NCBI GenBank assembly: GCA_016278615.1
Contig: JADQBM010000067.1
Location: 7,143 to 71,142, forward strand
From: Clostridia bacterium
GTDB lineage: Bacteria; Bacillota; Clostridia; Peptostreptococcales; JAAYPU01
Direction: 5' to 3'
Length of the DNA: 64,000 nucleotides
Part shown: piece after piece, positions 25,720 to 35,906 of the stretch
Layout: the number at the start of each line of letters is the position of its first letter
Numbering within the stretch: position 1 is the stretch's first letter
Made by a program: the position numbers and the translations under genes
The notes under the pieces: model-generated
Databases searched by the model: none
The model's input: only the letters and a program-made list of their open reading frames with translations
What the model was told of the DNA's origin: nothing

Positions 25720-26530
25720 AAGGATTGCTTTTTTTTGTTTCGCTTTTGGGAATTCGGATTGTAATCTCCATATAGTTACCATTATCACTCTGATTATATT
25801 CTGCATTCTTTTCTACTTCTTTTATTGTATTAAAAGCTTTTTTTAATGTATTAATGTATATGTTATAGTGAATATGTTTGGTTATTGCCGTCTTTTTTCG
25901 ATAATGTCCATGGTCTTTTATTACAGATTCAATAAGAAGCTCTGTTTCGTATACATTGAGATTTTTGTCAACAACCTCATTTAATACGTTGTGAATCTCT
26001 ATATGATCTGGAATTTTTAAAAATGCACGCGCATGCCTTTCAGTTAACCCATTTCCCAATAGTTGTCTTTGTATCTCCTCTGGCAAATTAAGAAGTCTCA
26101 TTTTATTAGATACAGTGGATTGATTTTTTCCAACCGTATCAGCTATTTCTTTTTGCGTTAATTGATATACTTCTACTAAGTTTTTATAGGCATAGGCTTC
26201 CTCTATAAAATTTAAATTTTCTCTCTGAATGTTTTCAACTAAGGACCACAACGCCATATCCTGACTATTAATCTCTTTAATAATAACCGGTACCTTAGAC
26301 AACCCTGCAAGCTTTGCTGCTCTCCATCTTCTTTCCCCTGCAATAAGATGAAAAGTTTTATCGTTTATTCGTTTTGCAATTATTGGCTGTAAGACGCCAA
26401 TTTTTTTAATAGAGTCCGATAATTCTATTAATTCCTTTTCGCTAAATACGCGTCGAGGCTGATCTGGATTAGGGTTAATGTCCTCTACAGAAACCTCTTG
26501 TATTTCATTTTTTTTTGCATTAAAAAACAT
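25709..26530 (-). CDS. noc: ParB-family nucleoid occlusion protein Noc-like
   Basis: 273-aa ORF. ParB box GERRWRAA and the HTH QKEIADTVGKNQSTVSNKMRLLNL. The position between rsmG and soj matches Bacillus noc. Confidence 0.8.
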   Translation of the reverse strand: MFFNAKKNEIQEVSVEDINPNPDQPRRVFSEKELIELSDSIKKIGVLQPIIAKRINDKTFHLIAGERRWRAAKLAGLSKVPVIIKEINSQDMALWSLVENIQRENLNFIEEAYAYKNLVEVYQLTQKEIADTVGKNQSTVSNKMRLLNLPEEIQRQLLGNGLTERHARAFLKIPDHIEIHNVLNEVVDKNLNVYETELLIESVIKDHGHYRKKTAITKHIHYNIYINTLKKAFNTIKEVEKNAEYNQSDNGNYMEITIRIPKSETKKSNPSFT

Positions 26531-26613
26531 TCTAACACCCCCGAATGCTTAAATATTCTATTTATGTTGTACGAATCCTTTAGTTTTCGTACAACAAAAA
26601 ACCCCTTAAGTCG

Positions 26614-27339
26614 TCACTTTAAGGGGGTTTTTATAGGATTTCCTGCTTTTCTGGGATATTCTAAAGGTGTATGGGTTATTTTCTGTATGTAGATAATCTG
26701 ATGCTCTAATGGAAAATGTGACAACGGTGTTTTTTCTTCTTTTTCAATCTTACCACCTAAAAGCCTAATGGCCTTTTGGCTGTCTCTTATTTCGCTTTCC
26801 ACTTGGCTACTTTTATATGCCGCAAAAGTGCCGCCAATTTTTACAAAAGGTAAACAATATTCACTTAAAACATTCAATTTTGCTACCGCTCTTGATAAAC
26901 ATAAGTCGTATTTCTCACGATGCATTACGTTTTTTCCAAGATCTTCAGCTCTTCCATGAAGTACTTTTACATTGGAGAGGTTAAGTTTTTGAATAACTTC
27001 CGTAAGAAAATTAATTTTTTTGTTCAATGAATCAACTAATAGAAATTGTTTATCTGGCAAAATGATACTTAATGGTATTCCAGGGAAACCAGCTCCCGTG
27101 CCGATGTCTATGATATTTTGAAAAGTGCCCATCTTTGGATGAGAGACGCAAACAATAGAATCTATAAAATGTTTGATGATGAAATCTCTTTCATCAATAA
27201 TGGATGTTAAATTGATCTTTTCATTCCATTCCATAACCATCTGTCTATAAATGGTGAACTTTTCAAGAGTTTGTGGTTTAATTTCAACCTTTAGCTCTTC
27301 TAAAGCATTTTGCAATAAATCTATATGATTAATGATCAT
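26614..27339 (-). CDS. rsmG: 16S rRNA (guanine527-N7)-methyltransferase RsmG (GidB)
   Basis: 241-aa ORF with the SAM motif [15 protein letters not shown]. Overlaps the mnmG stop by 4 nt. Canonical synteny. Confidence 0.93.
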   Translation of the reverse strand: MIINHIDLLQNALEELKVEIKPQTLEKFTIYRQMVMEWNEKINLTSIIDERDFIIKHFIDSIVCVSHPKMGTFQNIIDIGTGAGFPGIPLSIILPDKQFLLVDSLNKKINFLTEVIQKLNLSNVKVLHGRAEDLGKNVMHREKYDLCLSRAVAKLNVLSEYCLPFVKIGGTFAAYKSSQVESEIRDSQKAIRLLGGKIEKEEKTPLSHFPLEHQIIYIQKITHTPLEYPRKAGNPIKTPLK

Positions 27340-29222
27340 CCCTCCTTCTTTCTTCTTTCTCTTTCAAGATTAATTAATAATACATTTATATCTGCAGGAG
27401 AGACCCCAGAAATTCTAGAAGCTTGTCCAACAGATAACGGTTTAAAAGTATTTAGTTTTTGTTGAGCTTCAATACGTAATCCTTCGATTTTAGTATAATC
27501 CAAATCTGAGCTAAGTTGTCTCTTTTCAAGCTTTTTAAATTTTTCAACTTGCGCCATTTGCTTTCCTATATATCCAGAATACTTTATTTGAATTTCTATT
27601 TGTTCACCTATTCTTATGTCTAATTCCGGTCTATTCTTATCGATTTCACTTAGAGCGCTATATGTGATTTCCGGCCTTTTAAGTAATTCTAAAAGGGTAA
27701 CTCGATTATTAACAGGACTGCTATTATATTTTTCTAAAAATGGATTAATTTCCTTAGGAACGATGTAAGTGCTTTTAATTCTATCCATTTCTTCATTAAT
27801 CTTGTCTTTTTTATAAACAAACTTTTTGTATCGCTCATCATTTATAAGTCCTATCTCATATCCCTTTTCAGTGAGTCTCAAATCGGCATTGTCCTGCCTC
27901 AATATAAGCCTATATTCTGCCCTTGAAGTCATAATTCTATAAGGTTCATTGGTTCCTTTTGTCACCAAATCGTCGATTAATACGCCGATATAACCTTCTG
28001 ATCGGTCTATAATGAAAGGGTCTTGTTCCTTGATTTTTAAAGCAGCATTGATACCGGCCATTAATCCTTGTGCTGCTGCTTCTTCATACCCTGAACTCCC
28101 ATTAAACTGACCTGCACAAAACAAGTTATTAAAATTTTTATGTTCCAAAGTGAGCTTTAAATCAATAGGATTAATGCAATCGTATTCTATTGCATATGCT
28201 GAACGGACAATTTTAGCATTTTCCAAACCTTGAATGGTTCTATAGAACTTTTCCTGCACATCTTCCGGCAAGCTGGTGGACATACCTTGAATGTAAACCT
28301 CATCTGTATCCAAACCTTCAGGTTCAATAAATAATTGGTGTCTTTCCTTATCAGCAAATCGAACCAACTTATCCTCTATGGAAGGGCAATACCGCGGCCC
28401 TACCCCTTCTATTTGTCCGCCATATAATGCGGAACGATTAATATTGTCTAAAATAACGGAATGAGTCTCTTTATTGGTATAGGTCAACCAACAAGAAACC
28501 CTGCTTTTGTGAAGATTATCATTAGTGAATGAAAAAGGAATCGTTTCTTCATCACCAGGCTGTTCTTGCATTTTTTCATAATTTAAAGTTTTACCATCTA
28601 CCCTTGCAGGGGTACCCGTTTTAAATCTCCTAAGAGAAAGACCATGCTTTTTAAGATTATCTGATAGTTCAAGAGAAGCCGAAAGACCACTGGGGCCTCC
28701 CTCATAACTCCATTCACCCAGAAAGATTCTCCCTTTAAGGAAGGTTCCTGTTGCTAAAATGACTGCTTTTGTTTCATAAAAAGCACCTGTCCTTGTAATA
28801 ACCCCTTTTACGGTTTGATCTTCAATAAATAAATCAACGACTTCTCCCTGCTTGATGTCTAAATTCTCTTGTCTTTCTAAAACCTTTTTCATTTCCGTAT
28901 GATATAAATGCTTGTCAGCTTGCATCCGCAGTGAATGAACCGCAGGACCTTTAGCAGTATTTAGCATTCTTGATTGTATAGAAGCTTTGTCAATATTGAT
29001 TCCCATTTCACCGCCAAGGGCATCGATTTCTCTAACAAGGTGAGCCTTTCCCGTAGCGCCTACAGAAGGGTTACAGGCCATCATTGCAATGGATTCTAAG
29101 TTAATTGAAAATACCAATGTGTTTAATCCCAACCGAGCAGAAGATAATGCAGCTTCACACCCTGCATGTCCGGCTCCTACAACTATGACATCATATTTTC
29201 CCATATAAAAGTTTTTAGTCAT
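27336..29222 (-). CDS. mnmG: tRNA uridine 5-carboxymethylaminomethyl modification enzyme MnmG (GidA)
   Basis: FAD motif [16 protein letters not shown]. The ORF track starts at 29234 (GTG). The ATG at 29222 has a GGTGGA RBS. About 628 aa. Confidence 0.95.
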   Translation of the reverse strand: MTKNFYMGKYDVIVVGAGHAGCEAALSSARLGLNTLVFSINLESIAMMACNPSVGATGKAHLVREIDALGGEMGINIDKASIQSRMLNTAKGPAVHSLRMQADKHLYHTEMKKVLERQENLDIKQGEVVDLFIEDQTVKGVITRTGAFYETKAVILATGTFLKGRIFLGEWSYEGGPSGLSASLELSDNLKKHGLSLRRFKTGTPARVDGKTLNYEKMQEQPGDEETIPFSFTNDNLHKSRVSCWLTYTNKETHSVILDNINRSALYGGQIEGVGPRYCPSIEDKLVRFADKERHQLFIEPEGLDTDEVYIQGMSTSLPEDVQEKFYRTIQGLENAKIVRSAYAIEYDCINPIDLKLTLEHKNFNNLFCAGQFNGSSGYEEAAAQGLMAGINAALKIKEQDPFIIDRSEGYIGVLIDDLVTKGTNEPYRIMTSRAEYRLILRQDNADLRLTEKGYEIGLINDERYKKFVYKKDKINEEMDRIKSTYIVPKEINPFLEKYNSSPVNNRVTLLELLKRPEITYSALSEIDKNRPELDIRIGEQIEIQIKYSGYIGKQMAQVEKFKKLEKRQLSSDLDYTKIEGLRIEAQQKLNTFKPLSVGQASRISGVSPADINVLLINLERERRKKEG

Positions 29223-29247
29223 TTTCACATCCACCCACTATATTATT

Positions 29248-30624
29248 TCATTTTCCCAAGCAAAATCTTGAAAAAACTTCATCGATAATATCTTCTGTAA
29301 TAGATTCTCCAATAATTTCACCCAAAGTTTCCCAAGCATTTTTTAAATCAATCTCTATAAAATCTAATGCTTCCTTTCTTTCTATCATATCCATAGAATC
29401 TTCTAAAAAACTTTTAGCTTTTTCAAGAAGATTTTTATGACGCACATTGGTAATCAATAAACTGTTTTCCTGTTTTATTTCACCCGTATAAACCATTTCT
29501 GATAATGTGTCCTCTAATTCCCTTATACCGTGCCCTTTTTTTACTGAAGCTTTAACTATCTTTTTATTAGGCAAAAGTTTTGTGACGACATTTATATCGG
29601 CTTTTAAAGGTAAGTCCATTTTATTAAAAAGTATGATGGCTTTTTTTTCCTGTAACAAGTCCATAATTTGATAGTCATCATTTGTAAGCATTTGAGAAGC
29701 ATCTAAAATAAATATAATAACATCTGCGATATTAAAAGATTCCTTTGTTTTTTCAACGCCTATTTTTTCAACCAGGTCACATGTCTCTCTTATTCCTGCG
29801 GTGTCAATAATTTTTAATGGTATCCCATTGATATGTATCATTTCTTCAATAAGATCTCGCGTTGTTCCAGGCACTTCTGTCACAATGGCCCTTGATTCTT
29901 TTAATAAAGCATTTAATAACGAAGATTTTCCTACATTTGGTTTCCCAATGATTACAGTACGCAGACCCTCTCTAATAATTTTACCCGTCTCTGCTGTATT
30001 GATTAATTGCTGTGTTTCATTAATAATTGCCATTAATTGCATCGATAAATTGTCATATGTTATTTCCTCAATATCTTCATCTGGATATTCAATAGTAACC
30101 GTTAAATGCGCAATTATCTCAAGTAATTTTTCTCTTATCTTTTGAATGGTTTCTGATAGATTCCCTTCTAATTGGTTAATGGCGACATCAAAACCCTTAT
30201 CGGTTTTAGACGATATTAAGTCAATAACGGCTTCTGCTTGGGATAAATCAATCCTTCCATTTAGAAACGCTCTTTTTGTAAACTCACCCTTTTCAGCGAG
30301 TTGTGCACCACTCTTTAAGAGAAGCTCAAGAATTCTTCGTATAGAAATCATGCCTCCATGGCAATTTATTTCTACAACATCTTCCTTTGTATAAGTATGG
30401 GGTGCTTTCATATAGGCCACAAGTACTTCATCTATAATAGTCTCTTTTTCAACAATATGACCGTATATCAGCCTTCTATCGTCTATTTGCGATAGTTTCT
30501 TTTTGCTCTTTGATACGAAAATATCATTGATAATAGATAAAGACTTCTCTCCACTTATTCTTATTATTCCTATTCCAGCTTCCCCTGGTGCCGTTGCAAC
30601 AGCAACTATGGTATCTTCCATCAT
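29248..30624 (-). CDS. mnmE: tRNA modification GTPase MnmE (TrmE)
   Basis: MMEDTIVAVATAPGEAGIGIIRISG N-terminus. G-domain GKPNVGKSSLLN and DTAGIR. C-terminal CLGK. The ORF track start at 30675 is probably too far upstream. Confidence 0.95.
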   Translation of the reverse strand: MMEDTIVAVATAPGEAGIGIIRISGEKSLSIINDIFVSKSKKKLSQIDDRRLIYGHIVEKETIIDEVLVAYMKAPHTYTKEDVVEINCHGGMISIRRILELLLKSGAQLAEKGEFTKRAFLNGRIDLSQAEAVIDLISSKTDKGFDVAINQLEGNLSETIQKIREKLLEIIAHLTVTIEYPDEDIEEITYDNLSMQLMAIINETQQLINTAETGKIIREGLRTVIIGKPNVGKSSLLNALLKESRAIVTEVPGTTRDLIEEMIHINGIPLKIIDTAGIRETCDLVEKIGVEKTKESFNIADVIIFILDASQMLTNDDYQIMDLLQEKKAIILFNKMDLPLKADINVVTKLLPNKKIVKASVKKGHGIRELEDTLSEMVYTGEIKQENSLLITNVRHKNLLEKAKSFLEDSMDMIERKEALDFIEIDLKNAWETLGEIIGESITEDIIDEVFSRFCLGK

Positions 30625-30790
30625 TTCACCTTCTATGATTATTACTTGCTCAACTTTCCCAAGCCATAAAAGCACTTCTTATTTTTATAATTCCAATGTT
30701 GAAAATTCTTATGGTAACATGAACATTTGAACTAACTTTCATGGTGGAAAAGTGGAGTTGCTATTTATATCATTATATTGGTATAAACCT

Positions 30791-30825
30791 ATGGAATAAA
30801 TAAACCTGTGAATACTCACAGGTTT
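30791..30825 (-). terminator. Rho-independent terminator after jag
   Basis: AAACCTGTGA-loop-TCACAGGTTT is followed on the minus strand by ATTTATT. Confidence 0.65.
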
Positions 30826-30852
30826 AATATTTATAGACCATTCTTTTATACT

Positions 30853-31467
30853 CTATTTGGATTCTATGATTACATGTCTGAAAGGATCTTCCCCTTCACT
30901 TCTTGTAGATATTCTACTGTTATCTTGTAAAGCGGCATGTATAATCCTTCTTTCATACGGGTTCATTGGTTCTAATCGAATACTATTACCTGTGCTTTTT
31001 ACTTTAGAACCCAATCTATTGGCAAGGTCTATTAATGTTTTCTCTCTTTTTTGTCTGTAATTTTCAGCATTTATTATTATTCTTACATATTTTTCTCTAT
31101 TTCTATTTACCACCAAACTGGTTAAATATTGTAAAGAATCTAATGTATGTCCACGTTTTCCAATAATAATCCCTGCATCTTTTCCTTCAACATTAATCTC
31201 TATATTATTTTCATTATATATTGCCTTAAGTTTTACATTTATATTCATTTTTTTAAAAATATCTTCCAGAAAACTTTCCGCAATTTTTTCAGGTTTCTCT
31301 TTAAATGTTACCCTTACTTTTGCTAACTTTGATCCTATGCCCAAGAATCCCTTTGAAGGTTCTTCCAAAACTTCTATATCTATCTCGGTTTTTGATACAT
31401 TCAGATCTTCTACAGCAAGTTCCACAGCTTCTTCTACTGTTTTGCCCCACTTTTCAGAATAATCCAT
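30853..31467 (-). CDS. jag: Jag/KhpB RNA-binding protein (Jag_N, KH, R3H)
   Basis: 204-aa ORF. KH-like GIIIGKRGHTLDSLQYL and R3H ERRIIHAAL. Downstream of yidC. Confidence 0.9.
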   Translation of the reverse strand: MDYSEKWGKTVEEAVELAVEDLNVSKTEIDIEVLEEPSKGFLGIGSKLAKVRVTFKEKPEKIAESFLEDIFKKMNINVKLKAIYNENNIEINVEGKDAGIIIGKRGHTLDSLQYLTSLVVNRNREKYVRIIINAENYRQKREKTLIDLANRLGSKVKSTGNSIRLEPMNPYERRIIHAALQDNSRISTRSEGEDPFRHVIIESK

Positions 31468-31472
31468 ATATA

Positions 31473-32132
31473 TTAACCCTCCTTGACAGTCTTGTCTCTA
31501 TTAGTAATATGTTGTTGTACCAATTGGAATAAAGTACTTATAAACCAATATAATGTTAATCCAGCCGGAAAAGAACGTCCCCACCAAATAATCATAACCG
31601 GAAATATATATTTCATTGCTTTTAAAGAAGGATTTTGAGGTCCTGCCGTAGCACTTTGGGACATGCTAAATGAAAAATATGTTGTTACTCCAGCTAAAAT
31701 CGGTAAAATCCAAAGATCTGGCAAACTCAAATCTGGAATCCAAATAAAAGAATCATGGACTGCTTCTAGCATCAATGGATCTGAAACATATAGTTCTGGC
31801 TGCCTTAATAAAGAAAATAATCCCCAAATTATAGGAATTTGAACCAACAAAGGCAAACAGCCCCCGGCAGGATTATATTTTTCTTCTTTATATAATTCCA
31901 TAACTTTTGTATTCATTTTCTCTTTATCATTGGCATATTTTGTTTGTATTTCTTTTATTTTAGGTTGTATTTCCTGCATTCTTTTTGCAGACTTAAGTTG
32001 ATGAGCAGTTAATGGATATAATGCGGCTTTTATTATGATTGTGAATAATATTATTGCAATACCATAATTTCCCACAAAATCATTTAAAAAAAACAATAGA
32101 TATCCAAGGGGTTTTGCAATCGCTGCTATCAT
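31473..32132 (-). CDS. yidC: YidC/SpoIIIJ membrane protein insertase
   Basis: 219-aa polytopic ORF with the conserved CLPLLVQIPI and PAGLTLYW motifs. Confidence 0.92.
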   Translation of the reverse strand: MIAAIAKPLGYLLFFLNDFVGNYGIAIILFTIIIKAALYPLTAHQLKSAKRMQEIQPKIKEIQTKYANDKEKMNTKVMELYKEEKYNPAGGCLPLLVQIPIIWGLFSLLRQPELYVSDPLMLEAVHDSFIWIPDLSLPDLWILPILAGVTTYFSFSMSQSATAGPQNPSLKAMKYIFPVMIIWWGRSFPAGLTLYWFISTLFQLVQQHITNRDKTVKEG

Positions 32133-32149
32133 ATGATAACCTCCTAATT

Positions 32150-32359
32150 CTATTTTAAAGGGTCATTTCCTCCTGGATGAAAAGGATTGCACTTTAATAT
32201 CCTTTTAATACCAAGAAAGAGACCTTTAATTATTCCATATTTTTGAATCGCCTGTATCATATATTCTGAGCAACTTGGATAAAAACGACAAGAAGCAGGC
32301 TTTAATGGAGAAATAATTTTTTGATACGTTTTAATTAATATTATCACAAATTTCTTCAA
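32150..32359 (-). CDS. yidD: Membrane protein insertion efficiency factor YidD
   Basis: 69-aa ORF with [10 protein letters not shown] and [10 protein letters not shown] signatures. Confidence 0.92.
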   Translation of the reverse strand: MKKFVIILIKTYQKIISPLKPASCRFYPSCSEYMIQAIQKYGIIKGLFLGIKRILKCNPFHPGGNDPLK

Positions 32360-32703
32360 ATTTCTTTACCTGAAAATAATTTAATTTTTCTTAATAGTAA
32401 TTCAGTAGATTTTACCAATTCAGTAAATTTTACATCATTGATATTTTTTCTGGCAATAAATATTAAATCATATCCCTTACATAATTTATTTTTATATAAA
32501 AGATGTATTTCTTTCATGCGTCTTTTTGCTTTATTTCTTATAACACTTTTCCCTACTTTTTTACTTGCAAGAAATGCAGTTCTATTATATCCTAAATTAT
32601 TTTTTTTATAAAAAATAACAATGTGCTTTGAAGCTACTGATCTCCCACTTTTATAAATAATTGAAAAATCCTTATTTCTCCTTAGGATATTGGTTTTTAA
32701 CAT
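32356..32703 (-). CDS. rnpA: Ribonuclease P protein component
   Basis: 115-aa basic [21 protein letters not shown] is an RNR-motif-like sequence. Downstream of rpmH. Confidence 0.92.
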   Translation of the reverse strand: MLKTNILRRNKDFSIIYKSGRSVASKHIVIFYKKNNLGYNRTAFLASKKVGKSVIRNKAKRRMKEIHLLYKNKLCKGYDLIFIARKNINDVKFTELVKSTELLLRKIKLFSGKEI

Positions 32704-32740
32704 TTAAATGGGCCTTCTTTCAAAAAATTAAAAATTTTTT

Positions 32741-32769
32741 AAACAAAAAGACCACTTAATAGCGGTCTT
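32741..32769 (-). terminator. Hairpin plus U-run between rpmH and rnpA (attenuator/terminator)
   Basis: The minus strand reads AAGACCGCTATTAAGTGGTCTT followed by TTTGTTT. It overlaps the rpmH stop codon. Confidence 0.55.
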
Positions 32770-32902
32770 ATGCTGTTAATTTCTTTCTACCTCTAAATCT
32801 TCTTCTTTTTAAAAGATTACGTCCAGCCTTTGTACTCATTCTTTTTCTGAAACCATGTTCTTTACTTCTGTGTCTCTTTTTTGGTTGAAATGTCATTTTC
32901 AT
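32768..32902 (-). CDS. rpmH: 50S ribosomal protein L34
   Basis: This ORF is absent from the ORF track because it is under 60 aa. My translation is [44 protein letters not shown] (44 aa). GGAGGTG RBS lies 8 nt upstream. Confidence 0.93.
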   Translation of the reverse strand: MKMTFQPKKRHRSKEHGFRKRMSTKAGRNLLKRRRFRGRKKLTA

Positions 32903-32905
32903 TTT

Positions 32906-33271
32906 ATATACACCTCCTACTATTGCTATTTATATAAAGATTGAAATTCCAAAAACATTGCTTAGTTATTATACCTTTGAAAAATAATGCTGTCAATAAA
33001 GATGTCCAAGAATTATCATGAAACAATGTTAAATTTTTTAATCCAAAATATTCACTTTTGTAAATACACCAAGATGTTGATATGTTTAAAAGTTATTAAC
33101 AAGATGTTGATAACTTTCGGGATAGTTAAACTTTTTTGATTTTTTTTATAAATTTGTTTTAGATTTCTGTGGATAACATGCTATAATGTTAGTACTGATT
33201 TTTACTTTTATACTTTTTTTCCACTGTTTTTTTTTACTATTTTTTTCATATAAATCTGTAAGGGGGCAAAC
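32906..33271. other. oriC: oriC, upstream (rpmH-dnaA) part, with DnaA boxes and the dnaA promoter
   Basis: Perfect DnaA box TGTGGATAA at 33168-33176. A 1-mismatch box TGTTGATAA at 33105-33113 and a 2-mismatch box at 33075-33083. The 13-nt repeat CAAGATGTTGATA occurs at 33070 and 33100, 30 bp apart. Gene orientation switches here. Confidence 0.8.
33179..33187 (+). promoter_or_regulatory. Extended -10 element (TGcTATAAT) of a dnaA promoter abutting the perfect DnaA box
   Basis: TGCTATAAT lies 3 nt downstream of TGTGGATAA and about 85 nt upstream of the dnaA ATG. Confidence 0.5.
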
Positions 33272-34615
33272 ATGAACGATCAAATCAATAACATTTGGGA
33301 CAAGGCCTTAAACATTATTAAGCCTGAAATTACAGAAATCAGTTTTAATACATGGATGATCCCAATAAAACCAATTTCTATAAATTTAGAAAAAGAAAAA
33401 ATGACCTTTTCTATATATAGTGATTTTGCAAAAGGAATTATCGAAACGCGGTATTTAAATCTAATACAAAATGCGATTAAACAAGTATCTGGCAAGAACT
33501 ATCAAGTTGTTTGTATATCATCCGAAGGAAATGTACCTACAGATGATTCTCCCATAAATCATTATAACGAAAGTGTAACCGATGATTTATATCTAAATCC
33601 TAAATATATTTTTGAAACTTTTGTAATAGGTAGCAGCAATCGTTTTGCCCATGCAGCTTCTTTAGCTGTCGCAGAAACACCAGCAAAAGCCTATAATCCT
33701 TTATTTATTTATGGTGGTGTTGGATTAGGCAAAACGCATTTAATGCACGCTATTGGCCATTACATAATTAAAAATAATCCAAATTCTAAAGTCCTATATG
33801 TTTCATCAGAAAAATTTACAAACGAATTAATAAACGCAATAAAAGATGATAAAAATCCTGAATTTAGAAATAAGTTCAGAAATATTGATGTTCTACTTAT
33901 AGATGATATTCAATTTATTGCTGGAAAGGAAAGAACTCAAGAAGAATTCTTTCATACCTTTAATACTTTATATGAAGCCAATAAACAAATAATTTTGTCT
34001 AGTGATCGTCCTCCTAAAGAAATTCCTACTCTAGAGGAACGATTAAGATCAAGATTCGAATGGGGTCTCATTGCAGATATTCAAGCACCTGATTATGAAA
34101 CAAGAGTTGCTATTTTGAGAAAGAAAGCAGAAATCGAAGGGATTCAGGTAACCGAGGAATTAACAGAAGTAATAGAGTTTATTGCAGAAAAAATACAATC
34201 TAATATTCGTGAGCTAGAAGGGGCTCTCATTAGAATTGTAGCTTATGCTTCTTTGACCAATAAAGTTATTAATAAACCTTTAGCAAAAGAAGCTTTACAA
34301 GATATATTCTCTTCACAAAATCGTAAAATAACACCAAAACTTGTTAAAGATTGTGTTGCAAAATATTTTAATTTGAAAATCTCTGACCTGGAGTCAAAAA
34401 AAAGATCTCAGAACATTACTTTTCCAAGACATATTGCCATGTATATTTGCAGAGAAATGACCGATTTATCTCTTCCAAAGCTTGGCGAAACTTTTGGAGG
34501 AAGAGATCATACAACTGTACTTCATGCGGTTGAAAAAATATCTAAAGAAAAAAAATTCAACAATAGTTTAAATGAAATATTAAAAAGTATAATAGAAGAT
34601 ATTAAATCTAATTGA
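33272..34615 (+). CDS. dnaA: Chromosomal replication initiator DnaA
   Basis: 447-aa ORF. AAA+ Walker [16 protein letters not shown], Walker B LLIDDIQF, and domain IV HTH ([12 protein letters not shown]). Confidence 0.98.
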   Translation: MNDQINNIWDKALNIIKPEITEISFNTWMIPIKPISINLEKEKMTFSIYSDFAKGIIETRYLNLIQNAIKQVSGKNYQVVCISSEGNVPTDDSPINHYNESVTDDLYLNPKYIFETFVIGSSNRFAHAASLAVAETPAKAYNPLFIYGGVGLGKTHLMHAIGHYIIKNNPNSKVLYVSSEKFTNELINAIKDDKNPEFRNKFRNIDVLLIDDIQFIAGKERTQEEFFHTFNTLYEANKQIILSSDRPPKEIPTLEERLRSRFEWGLIADIQAPDYETRVAILRKKAEIEGIQVTEELTEVIEFIAEKIQSNIRELEGALIRIVAYASLTNKVINKPLAKEALQDIFSSQNRKITPKLVKDCVAKYFNLKISDLESKKRSQNITFPRHIAMYICREMTDLSLPKLGETFGGRDHTTVLHAVEKISKEKKFNNSLNEILKSIIEDIKSN

Positions 34616-34786
34616 TTTTTTTTATAAACAGACCTGTTGATGATTTTTATGATTTATAAACACAATTTATTTTATAAAAATATGTTCATACCACATCCTC
34701 TGAACCCCTTATTAACAAATTAACAGCCCTTATTACTACTACTACTCTAAAAAAGATATAAAAAACAAGTGAGTGAAGGTGAAAAA
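34616..34786. other. dnaA-dnaN spacer: possible second oriC segment with a (TAC)4 trinucleotide array
   Basis: Weak boxes TTATAAACA occur twice. TAT-TAC-TAC-TAC-TAC-TCT lies at 34731-34748, after the GC-richer AACAGCCC and before an A-rich tract. Confidence 0.35.
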
Positions 34787-35893
34787 ATGAAAATAATATG
34801 TCAACAACAAGATCTTTCAAAAGCTTTAAATACAGTTCAAAAAGCAATAACAAATAGAACCACTATTCCTATTCTAAAAGGGATTTACTTAGAAGCATTA
34901 CCTGATGGTGTATTAAAACTGGCAGCTTCTGATTTAGATTTAAGCATAGAGAAAAAAATAAATGTAAATACTTTACAAACAGGATCCTTCGTAGTTTCAT
35001 CAAAACTATTTACAGAGATTATAAGAAAACTTCCAGAAGGAGAAATAGAGATTGAATTAATTGATAATACTGTTATGGTTAAAAGTTTCAATTCAGAATT
35101 CACTATTATAAAACAATCTGCTGAAGATTTTCCTGAAATCAATACATCAGAGAATAACAATAACTTAACTTTAAACAAAGAAATATTTAAAAACATGATT
35201 AAACAAACTGCTTTTTCTGCAAGTATAGATGAATCCAGAGGAATCATAGTAGGTGTATTAATTGAATTTGGTAAAGAGTCTATTAATATGGTTGCATTAG
35301 ACGGATTTAGAATGGCCATTCGTAAAGAAAAAATAATAAATACCATTGAAAAGAAGATAATAATACCAGCGAGAATTCTTAATGAAATTTATAAAATATT
35401 GTTAGATCATGAAGATAACGATTTATTAATTTCTATTAATGATAAAAATATTGTATTTAAAATAGATAATACCATTATATCTTCAAGACTTTTAGAAGGG
35501 GAATACATAAATTATAAAGAAATCATTCCAAAAAATTATACAAGCAAGGTGAAATTGAATAAGGAAGAATTATATAGTAGTATAGAAAGAGCTTCTTTAT
35601 TAGCAAGAGAAGGCAAAAATAATTTAATAAAAATAAAAACAGAAGAGAGCAAAATGATTATTACTTCACGTTCAGAAGAAGGAACCGTACATGAAGAAGT
35701 TTATATAGAAAAGGAAGGAGATGTTTTAGAAATAGGTTTTAATTCAAAATACATTCTTGATATATTAAGAAATGTAGACGATGAAGAACTGTATTTTGAA
35801 TTCATCTCAAATGTAAGTCCCTGTTTAATTAGACCTTTGGATGGTTTAAAGTTTGAATACCTATTGTTACCTGTAAGAATATCTATTAGTTGA
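34787..35893 (+). CDS. dnaN: DNA polymerase III beta sliding clamp
   Basis: GAAGGTGA RBS precedes MKIICQQQDLSKALNTVQKAI. The ORF track start at 34769 is upstream of this RBS. 368 aa. C-terminal LLPVRI. Confidence 0.96.
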   Translation: MKIICQQQDLSKALNTVQKAITNRTTIPILKGIYLEALPDGVLKLAASDLDLSIEKKINVNTLQTGSFVVSSKLFTEIIRKLPEGEIEIELIDNTVMVKSFNSEFTIIKQSAEDFPEINTSENNNNLTLNKEIFKNMIKQTAFSASIDESRGIIVGVLIEFGKESINMVALDGFRMAIRKEKIINTIEKKIIIPARILNEIYKILLDHEDNDLLISINDKNIVFKIDNTIISSRLLEGEYINYKEIIPKNYTSKVKLNKEELYSSIERASLLAREGKNNLIKIKTEESKMIITSRSEEGTVHEEVYIEKEGDVLEIGFNSKYILDILRNVDDEELYFEFISNVSPCLIRPLDGLKFEYLLLPVRISIS

Positions 35894-35906
35894 TAGGAGT
35901 GAATGG

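Noticed and set aside
25445-25846. Track ORFs 25445-25846 (+, 133 aa) and 25546-25806 (-, 86 aa) covering the noc-soj spacer
   Set aside because: Their sequence is Pro/Ala/Cys-rich read-through of the GC-rich island. There is no RBS. They overlap the 3' end of noc, a terminator hairpin and the parS-like sites. A non-coding structured element is the better interpretation.
26566-26595. Hairpin GTTGTACGAA/TTCGTACAAC between rsmG and noc as a terminator
   Set aside because: On the transcribed minus strand the U-run precedes the stem rather than following it, so it does not look like an intrinsic terminator. Its function is unclear and I do not call it.
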